DNA of 24,000 nucleotides from an uncultured Oscillospiraceae bacterium. GTDB lineage: Bacteria; Bacillota; Clostridia; Oscillospirales; Ruminococcaceae. The notes under the pieces are model-generated. The model ran no database searches and had not been told where the DNA came from. It worked only from the letters and a program-made list of their open reading frames with translations. The position numbers and the translations under genes are program-made. Positions 14,345 through 20,300 of this stretch are shown in pieces. The stretch is from NCBI GenBank assembly GCA_934466455.1, contig CAKSLF010000012.1:27939-51938 (forward strand), read 5' to 3'. Each line of letters starts with the position of its first letter. Position 1 is the stretch's first letter.

Positions 14345-15235
14345 TTAAGCTGTCATTTTCCGCTTGAGCACCGTTTTTTCCGTTTGAGCACGGGTGCTTT
14401 CGGCTTGAGCACGGACAGTTTCGCTTTGAGCTCCGTTTTGATATTCGGGGGAATATTCGTTAGCGGGGTTGACATTGTTTCCGCTTTGTGGTATCTTATC
14501 AGTAGAAGAGTTGTTATTCCGAGCGTCTTGGACGTACATCCGGGGGGCGTGTCCATCTGGAGGGGAAGAAGCAGCTCTTCTTTTTTCTACTTCCTGTTTA
14601 AGCCCCTCTATCTTAGGTATGTCCCCTGTTCCTACTTTTATCATTTGCTTGTTGTATAGCAAATTGCCATCGCCAACAGCTTCAAGATAATATGTAGTTC
14701 CGTTGTGTCGTTTTTCGTAATATATGCCCACTTGCCCGTTTTCTTTTGTAACATAATAGACATTATCATAGTTTTCAACAATGTCCGGTATCTGCTTCAA
14801 GTCTGCGGCAGTAACCGGATATTTTTCGTTTGCATTGCCTCTGCCGTGACTATTGTCTATGTGTCTTATATCGTTGTCGCTCAAAACGTGCGTTTTGCCC
14901 TCAACATCAACGCCGTAAAGGGTTTGCATATCGGAAACAAGCCTTTCGGAAGCTTTTGTTATGTTTCCGCACTCAGCAATTGCCTTAAACTGCATCATCT
15001 GGTCACTGTTCATTTCCAATTGCTTCTTTGCAAGGAAATCAACAAAATACCACAGCAAAGCACCAATACACATTCCGCCAACGACCCACATAACATCAAT
15101 GGGCAAGCCAAGAACCGTTTCTTCTTTGAAATTCCCCCAGTTTAATTCAGAAAAAGCATATTCACTTAAAAATGCTACTGAAAGGAAAGGTGCCACGATG
15201 CATTTAAAGAACCCCCTCGTTTTTTGCAAGCGCAT
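14345..15235 (-). CDS. chimeric ORF: acyltransferase-3-derived membrane segments fused to 'module X copy 2' plus linker tail
   Basis: The N-terminal ~95 aa are hydrophobic (FFKCIVAPFLSVAFLSEY...VMWVVGGMCIGALLWYFVDFL) and continue the broken acyltransferase upstream. From ASERLVSDMQTLYGV onward it is near-identical to 12904..13505. Confidence 0.55.
   Translation of the reverse strand: MRLQKTRGFFKCIVAPFLSVAFLSEYAFSELNWGNFKEETVLGLPIDVMWVVGGMCIGALLWYFVDFLAKKQLEMNSDQMMQFKAIAECGNITKASERLVSDMQTLYGVDVEGKTHVLSDNDIRHIDNSHGRGNANEKYPVTAADLKQIPDIVENYDNVYYVTKENGQVGIYYEKRHNGTTYYLEAVGDGNLLYNKQMIKVGTGDIPKIEGLKQEVEKRRAASSPPDGHAPRMYVQDARNNNSSTDKIPQSGNNVNPANEYSPEYQNGAQSETVRAQAESTRAQTEKTVLKRKMTA
14405..14955 (-). 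repeat. direct repeat copy 2 (~546 bp), partner at 12955-13505
   Basis: See copy 1. Identity ends at 14955, where the acyltransferase-derived sequence begins, and at 14405. Confidence 0.9.
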
Positions 15236-15800
15236 AATATAATGCTATAGAGCAAATAAGAATTCCGGATAAATACCAAAGAGGATAGTTAAATGAAGTT
15301 ACCTGAGTTACAATGATATCATCCGTATTAAACTGGTTATTTCCACCCAGTGCATATGGAAGTGCCATTGCATTCGTAGCATGAAGTCCGGTAAAATTCC
15401 AGAAATTCAAGTTAAAAAGTGTGTATCACTCTTCAAAATTATATCCGTTAGTATAGCATATCTGAATAAATCCTGCAATCATTCCGACCAAAAGTGCCGG
15501 ATATAGCATTTTCCATCTTCCACAAGTATGTTCAGTAGCCTGTTTCTCAGCGGGAATAGTTGTTAGGCCCCTTCTCTGCTTGCTTTTATAAGAAGCAACC
15601 ATAAAATAGCCACTTGTTAGAAGGAAAAATCCAAGAACATATCCTCCGTTCCAGCACATAGGATTTTGTTATGCTATGGCCTCGGGTGCCAAATACCAGC
15701 AACGATTAGCAAAATGCATAATAGCAACTGCAAGTGTACAAAACACACGCCAAAAGTCGATGGCGCAATTTCTTTGTTTTTTTGGTGCAAGTTCTGCCAT
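15204..15800 (-). pseudogene. acyltransferase family 3 (O-acyltransferase) pseudogene fragments
   Basis: ATG 15800 gives MAELAPKKQRNCAIDFWRVFCTLAVAIMHFANRCWYLAPEAIA, then in-frame TAA (15671..15669). Next comes QNPMCWNGGYVLGFFLLTSGYFMVASY...NFEE, then in-frame TGA (15428..15426). Then YTLFNLNFWNF...NYPLWYLSGILICSIALYY, followed by a frameshift into ORF 14345..15235. IDFxR, LSGYF and PLWYLS are typical acyltransferase_3 motifs. Confidence 0.7.
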
Positions 15801-15988
15801 AAAAAAGCCTCTTCAAAAAAATTTCATTGCGAAACATCGATTACAGCTTATCATATAGCTTCTCCGCTTTCAAGCCCCCGGACAATTACAAGATTTTATG
15901 GCGACATAGAACAAATCTATCCACGCTTCTCCTCCCTTTTCGGGCTCCGATTTTATTTCTCCGTGCTCACGGTGCTCAGGCAAAACAA

Positions 15989-16047
15989 AGCTTTAAGCAC
16001 GGAATGAGCACCATGTTCAAAATTGAACTTGGCGTGTTCAAAGCAAA
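15989..16047 (+). repeat. intergenic element B, a compact relative of element A
   Basis: AGCTTtAAGCACGGAAT (15989-16005), CATGTTCAAAATT (16012-16024) and TGtTCAAAGCAAA (16035-16047), in the same order and orientation as in A. Confidence 0.5.
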
Positions 16048-16076
16048 GTAGCCGCATTCAGGTGCGGCTACTTTTT
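16047..16076 (+). terminator. rho-independent terminator in + orientation with no credible + strand gene
   Basis: AGTAGCCGCA (16047-16056) pairs with TGCGGCTACT (16063-16072) around a 6-nt loop, then TTTT(G). Confidence 0.55.
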
Positions 16077-16187
16077 GCCAAAACTCTGTTTTCTCTTCAT
16101 ATTAGGTATTATTTTTCGCAGCTTTTTTATGGAAATAAGTATAAATTACCGCCGTTTTTCCGGAGCGTATAAAAAATGTGCCCTTGC

Positions 16188-16223
16188 AAAACTGCCTCCG
16201 CATAAAAATGCGGAGGCAGTTTT
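16188..16223 (-). terminator. rho-independent terminator (bidirectional) after the amidohydrolase gene
   Basis: A perfect 16-bp inverted repeat, AAAACTGCCTCCGCAT with ATGCGGAGGCAGTTTT, around a 4-nt loop. It lies 5 nt downstream of the TAA at 16229-16231. Confidence 0.8.
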
Positions 16224-16228
16224 ACTCT

Positions 16229-17056
16229 TTATATTCCGAGTACTCTTGCGAAATTTTCTCCAAGAAGCATTCTGTTTTGCTCTTTTGAAAGCCCAAGCCT
16301 TAAAAGGCGGGCGAACTCCGTTTTGTGATCCTGTGACGGAAAATCCGTCCCCCAAAAGAAATTTTCTATTCCGAATTTGTCAAAAAACTTAAATACAAGT
16401 TCCTTTTCCATAAACATAATGGAGCTTGATATATCAAAATAGCATGTTCCCGGTTTATAAGCCTCGTATGCCCTTTCCCAGACTTGGTATCCGCCGAAAT
16501 GCGCTGCAATAACTTTCAGCTTAGGCAGCTCTTCCAAAACAGCAACCATTCTGCATGGGTCGGAAAAAGGCAACCTTTTATCGCCGGTGTGCACAAGCGC
16601 AAACATATCATTATCGCATATTGCTTTCCACATCGGAAAAACCGCTTTGTCGTCAATTAGGAACTTCTGAAAATCCGGATGGAGCTTTACTCCCATAATA
16701 CCCGCAGTCTTTATTCTTTTCAATTCGTCGTCTATGTTCACAAAATCCGGGTGGACGCTGCCAAAGCCTATAAATTGAGGGTTGAGCTTACACTCACAAA
16801 TTATAAAATCGTTAATGCTTTCCACTTGCTTTTCCGTTGTTGCAGCGGAACAGACCAAATATCTATCAACTTTTATCTTTCTTCCGGATTTTATAAGTTC
16901 CTCCGCCGTACCCAAGTGTGCCATAGGAACATTATAAAAGCTTCCGATAGCCTCTCCTGCTTTTTCGGCTATTTTTGGAGGATATATATGCGTATGTGCG
17001 TCTATTATTCTGTAATCGGGCAAAAAAATCACACCTTTCGCAGAAAATTCTATCAC
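16229..17056 (-). CDS. amidohydrolase-family metal-dependent hydrolase (TIM barrel)
   Basis: DYRIIDAHTHIYP carries the H-x-H metal motif, followed by ...HPDFQ...VHTGD...AAHFGG...GTDFP. The tracked start is GTG 17056. TTG 17023, 8 nt after AAAGGTG, is more likely. Confidence 0.8.
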   Translation of the reverse strand: MIEFSAKGVIFLPDYRIIDAHTHIYPPKIAEKAGEAIGSFYNVPMAHLGTAEELIKSGRKIKVDRYLVCSAATTEKQVESINDFIICECKLNPQFIGFGSVHPDFVNIDDELKRIKTAGIMGVKLHPDFQKFLIDDKAVFPMWKAICDNDMFALVHTGDKRLPFSDPCRMVAVLEELPKLKVIAAHFGGYQVWERAYEAYKPGTCYFDISSSIMFMEKELVFKFFDKFGIENFFWGTDFPSQDHKTEFARLLRLGLSKEQNRMLLGENFARVLGI

Positions 17057-17108
17057 AAACTCCGCCGAACTTCAAGGCAAGCGGCTATCAATATAATTTA
17101 TATAATAT

Positions 17109-17142
17109 AAAAAAACACCGTTCCAAATGGAACGGTGTTTTT
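17109..17142 (-). terminator. rho-independent terminator (bidirectional) ending the eut operon
   Basis: A7, then CACCGTTCC (17116-17124), 4-nt loop, GGAACGGTG (17129-17137), then T5. It lies 14 nt after the eutQ stop. Confidence 0.8.
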
Positions 17143-17155
17143 GAGAAATCAAAAA

Positions 17156-17611
17156 TTATTGATTTGCCCAGTCTGCCGGATAGGAGATGTAGATAAATCT
17201 AACATGATCCGGAGTGGAGAAATGAATGCTGGTGCCCTTCGGGATGAAGGTCATGTCGCCTGCGTGAGCAGTGACATCGCCGGCATCGGATTTAAGAACG
17301 ATGGTACCGTCAATGATGTACTCAGCTTCGTCATAGTTAAGAGTCCAAGGGAAATCTACGCCATTATCAAGCTCCATAACGCCGATACCGAGGCGAGGAG
17401 ATTCCTCAAGGGTAACTACATCGAGAAGAGAAACATCTTTGTTTGCGGCACCGATGTCAAAGGGGAAAGGTCCGCAGTTGACAGTTTCGGTCTTGATGCT
17501 CATCATGCCGTTGGAAAGAACATTTCTCTCAAAAGGCATAGCATCTTCGTTTTTCATATTCTCGCAGACTTTGGCGACAATCTCTTTAATCAGTTCTTCA
17601 CTGAGATTCAT
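17156..17611 (-). CDS. eutQ: ethanolamine utilisation protein EutQ (cupin domain), short form
   Basis: ...LNYDEAEYIIDGTIVLKSDAGDVTAHAGDMTFIPKGTSIHFSTPDHVRFIYISYPADW is the EutQ cupin core. GGAGG RBS. It is the last gene of the eut cluster. Confidence 0.85.
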   Translation of the reverse strand: MNLSEELIKEIVAKVCENMKNEDAMPFERNVLSNGMMSIKTETVNCGPFPFDIGAANKDVSLLDVVTLEESPRLGIGVMELDNGVDFPWTLNYDEAEYIIDGTIVLKSDAGDVTAHAGDMTFIPKGTSIHFSTPDHVRFIYISYPADWANQ

Positions 17612-17674
17612 GATGTGCGCCTCCTTCTACAATTAAAATTTTATAAAGGTGAAATACCTTTAAGATTTCTCAAT

Positions 17675-17705
17675 AGAAGAGCCTATCGCGGCAATAGGCT
17701 CTTCT
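17675..17705 (-). other. perfect 12-bp hairpin between eutH and eutQ, without a U-tract
   Basis: AGAAGAGCCTAT (17675-17686) pairs with ATAGGCTCTTCT (17694-17705) around a 7-nt loop. Confidence 0.4.
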
Positions 17706-17737
17706 GAGTTTTGGCAAAAAGCCAAGATCTTAGCTAA

Positions 17738-18967
17738 TTATTCTTTGTTGGCAGAAGGGATCTTTGCAAGAAGTGCAGGAGCCATGAAGTTGCCAAGAAC
17801 GATAGCAAGGATACCAGCAACAAGTTTACCAACGATCATCGGGAAGATCATGTCGGGGTTGTTACCGGCGCAGAATCCGAGGTGGTCACCAAATACGAAT
17901 GCTGCAGAAACAGCGAATGCGCAGTTGAGGAGTTTGCCCTTCGGGTTCATTTCTTTAAGAAGGTTGAACATTGCGATGTTGTTAGCAAGGTTTGCAACAA
18001 GACCAGCAGAACCAGCAGCATTCATGCCAAGAGCGGAACCGATTTTTTCAAGAGCTTTACCGAATTTGTCGGTAACGAACTTAACCATCGGATATGCACC
18101 GGCAAGGGTGATAGCGATAACGCCGCAGGTAAGAAGACCGCCAGCAAGGCCATCATGATTTTCGTCTACCATGAGTTCGAAAACAGGGAAAACGATACCG
18201 GTGTTGTACTGGAAGATAGCAATAGCAGTAACAGCAGTAATGAAGATGGTAACGCCGTTACCGAATTTATCGAAGCCTTTCATCATGCCGGCAGGAGCGA
18301 ACCAAAGACCAACAGCGATGAGGCCAGCGATGATAACAACAGGGATCATGTTGAGAAGAATTTCAGAAACAGTGAGCTTGTACTGAGTGGTGTTCATAAC
18401 GAAACCGCCGGCGATGCAGCCGATCGGAATAGTTACAAGACCTACAAGAGTACCTGCACCGAGGTAGGAACGATCTTCAGGATCGATGATACCAAGAGCT
18501 ACGGGGATGGTGAAAACGATGGTCGGGCCCATCATGGAGCCGAGGATAAGACCAGCGTAGTTACCGATAGCTTCGGACTCAGCCATAGTCATAGCAAGAG
18601 GATAACCGCCCATATCGCAAGCGAGAAGGGTGGTAGCGAACATAGCAGCGTCTGCGCCTACAAGTCCGTAGATAGGTCCAAAGATGGGCTTAAGAACGAG
18701 AGCAAGGATAGGAGCAACAGCAACAACGCCTGCCATAGACATAGCGAGAGGGCCCATTGCGTTGATACCTTCTTCAAACTGTTCGCCGTAACCGAGCTTA
18801 TTTCCGCAGATGCGGTCGATTGCGCCAACGAGCATAAAGATGGCCATGATCATAACAACGATAGTGCTTATTGCGGTCCAACCACCAAGGTTTGCAACCC
18901 AAGCTTTGAGAGAATCAGTGCACATAGGCAGAGTTTCGTTCCAAACCTGAATAAGTTCATCAAACAT
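17738..18967 (-). CDS. eutH: ethanolamine permease/facilitator EutH
   Basis: A 409-aa polytopic protein with ...GNKLGYGEQFEEGINAMGPLA...LLACDMGGYPLA..., which are EutH family motifs. AGGAGG RBS. Confidence 0.92.
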   Translation of the reverse strand: MFDELIQVWNETLPMCTDSLKAWVANLGGWTAISTIVVMIMAIFMLVGAIDRICGNKLGYGEQFEEGINAMGPLAMSMAGVVAVAPILALVLKPIFGPIYGLVGADAAMFATTLLACDMGGYPLAMTMAESEAIGNYAGLILGSMMGPTIVFTIPVALGIIDPEDRSYLGAGTLVGLVTIPIGCIAGGFVMNTTQYKLTVSEILLNMIPVVIIAGLIAVGLWFAPAGMMKGFDKFGNGVTIFITAVTAIAIFQYNTGIVFPVFELMVDENHDGLAGGLLTCGVIAITLAGAYPMVKFVTDKFGKALEKIGSALGMNAAGSAGLVANLANNIAMFNLLKEMNPKGKLLNCAFAVSAAFVFGDHLGFCAGNNPDMIFPMIVGKLVAGILAIVLGNFMAPALLAKIPSANKE

Positions 18968-19185
18968 AAAATTGACCTCCTAAAATAGTTTAATTCTCAA
19001 ACTATATTCATAAAAGGAGTTTCCAAAACGGAGTTTTTATAATACAAGACCGTAAAAATCGAACACTCCTTTCGGAGGCCGCTTGCCCGAAATTTAATTT
19101 ATGTATTCTTCCGTTTTGTACTTTTCCTAAAATGACATTAATACCTGTAAAAACAGGATTTTTCAAGGTTCAAAGCTGCGAAAAT

Positions 19186-19464
19186 TTATTCAATATCCGC
19201 AAGAACCGTGTCATCGATAACACCAACTATTGCAGCGTCGATAGGCACGCTTGTGCCAACGGCATATCTGGCGGGGTTTCCTGTGACGATAAGAACCTTA
19301 TCGCCGATACCGGCGTCAACAACATCCGCGGCTATATAGGGCTCTCGAGTGATGTTTCCGGCCATCTTATAGTCGAGAGGTTCGACGATAAGAAGTTTGA
19401 GGCCTTCGAGTTTCGGCTCTTTTCTGGTTGCCCATACGCTGCCTATAACTACTCCAATTCTCAT
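19186..19464 (-). CDS. eutN: BMC vertex (pentamer) protein EutN/CcmL family
   Basis: MRIGVVIGSVWATRKEPKLEGLKLLIVEPLD...DAGIGDKVLIVTG...IDAAIVGVID. Confidence 0.92.
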   Translation of the reverse strand: MRIGVVIGSVWATRKEPKLEGLKLLIVEPLDYKMAGNITREPYIAADVVDAGIGDKVLIVTGNPARYAVGTSVPIDAAIVGVIDDTVLADIE

Positions 19465-19496
19465 TTGGTAATACCTCCGTTAGATATGATCCGAAA

Positions 19497-20246
19497 TCAG
19501 ATCAGTTCAATTCCAAGCTCAAAAGCGGTATCTTTTGCAAGATAAGTTATAACCGGCTTTTCGGGAAGCTGCACTTTTTTATAGTGCTTTGCAGCCGCTT
19601 CACGAATATCTCTTTCGGTTATAACACGCTTTGTGAGTACAAGTACGGAATCATCGCTTTCTGCCTTGGTTGCTGCAACCGCAGGGGCAGAAGTGGGAGC
19701 TGCTTCAACAGCCTTGACTTCCTCGGCTTTTACGCACTCGACCGGTGCGTCCGCTCCCTCACAAATGGCGTCTTTTACGCCCTCTGCATCAACGAGCTCT
19801 ACGCCGCTGTCAAGGAGTATCTGGAGATTTTTATAAATATTATTGTACAGTGCTTTGGGAGCGGTTTCCGCATATTTGAGGATTTCCACTTCCTCTTTGA
19901 CCATAATTACCCGTTTACCCTTCAGGATCGCTTCAGCCGCAAGGGCAAGGAATTTATTGTCAGTGCAGCCATTAGCGATCTTGAACAAATTGCTGTTTGT
20001 CATATTGTAAAGCACGATGGAGTCAAAATCATCGACATTGACTTCATAGTTTTGTGCAAGTGCGCAAGTGACTTTGCACAGTTCGCTATCCAGCTTTTCA
20101 ACTGCGCATTCTTCGCAGTGATGCTCCGTGAGGATAAGGGCGGAATTTACTTTGCGCTCCGCAGGAACGGCAGAGGTAATTCCCTCTTTCTCGAGGTATG
20201 CCTTAACGGCACGGACAGCAAGCTCTATTAACAAATCCATATCCAT
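19497..20246 (-). CDS. BMC-locus hypothetical protein (possibly PduM-like); N-terminal amphipathic helix; C-terminal VITExDIR...TxLAKD motif
   Basis: ATG 20246 sits 5 nt after AAGGTGA; the tracked TTG 20267 is the alternative. The N-terminus is MDMDLLIELAVRAVKAYLEKEG. The central region ...LFKIANGCTDNKFLALAAEAILKGKRV recalls PduM, from memory. An Ala/Glu/Val-rich linker follows, and the C-terminal ~45 aa are described under findings. Confidence 0.55.
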   Translation of the reverse strand: MDMDLLIELAVRAVKAYLEKEGITSAVPAERKVNSALILTEHHCEECAVEKLDSELCKVTCALAQNYEVNVDDFDSIVLYNMTNSNLFKIANGCTDNKFLALAAEAILKGKRVIMVKEEVEILKYAETAPKALYNNIYKNLQILLDSGVELVDAEGVKDAICEGADAPVECVKAEEVKAVEAAPTSAPAVAATKAESDDSVLVLTKRVITERDIREAAAKHYKKVQLPEKPVITYLAKDTAFELGIELI

Positions 20247-20300
20247 AATTATCACCTTCTTTTTCAATAATATCTATTGGAAAAGATATGGGTGCTCCGG

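Noticed and set aside
13826-14379. Dismissing both homopolymer frame breaks as sequencing errors.
   Set aside because: This is not fully rejected, only judged less likely. Comparable or longer tracts inside ffh (T7 at 9052-9058, 9241-9247, 9262-9268) and other core genes are in frame. The adjacent pseudogene has substitution-type nonsense codons. Read-level checking is still needed.
12955-14955. A CRISPR array or other short tandem repeat array as the explanation for the repetitiveness.
   Set aside because: There are only two long (546-bp) copies plus a 49-bp partial third. All are protein-coding, with no regular short repeat-spacer periodicity. No cas genes are present.
15426-15671. In-frame TAA and TGA codons as evidence of stop-codon reassignment or selenocysteine.
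   Set aside because: TAA terminates coaD, trmD, rpsP and the TfoX-like gene. TGA terminates mraZ, rsmD, rimM and the lpdD-like gene. So both are ordinary stops in this window. I see no SECIS-like hairpin after the TGA, and the gene also carries a frameshift, which fits decay.
10917-16024. The GAGCAC / GTGCTC hexamer as a specific regulatory motif linking elements A and B to the repeat tails.
   Set aside because: The same hexamer occurs repeatedly inside ordinary genes, for example in the DUF554 and trmD coding regions around 6450-7480. In the tails it simply encodes the (G/R)AQ peptide repeat. Only the longer collinear A/B blocks are kept as a finding.
17882-18988. Long + strand ORFs: 368 aa antisense to eutH, plus 20277..21125, 12451..13209, 13255..13788, 14705..15145, 8046..8654, 2382..2933, 2462..3013 and 22624..23199.
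   Set aside because: Each lies antisense to a minus-strand gene with clear family motifs. Their translations are low-complexity or compositionally odd, and none has a convincing RBS. They are mirror-frame artefacts.
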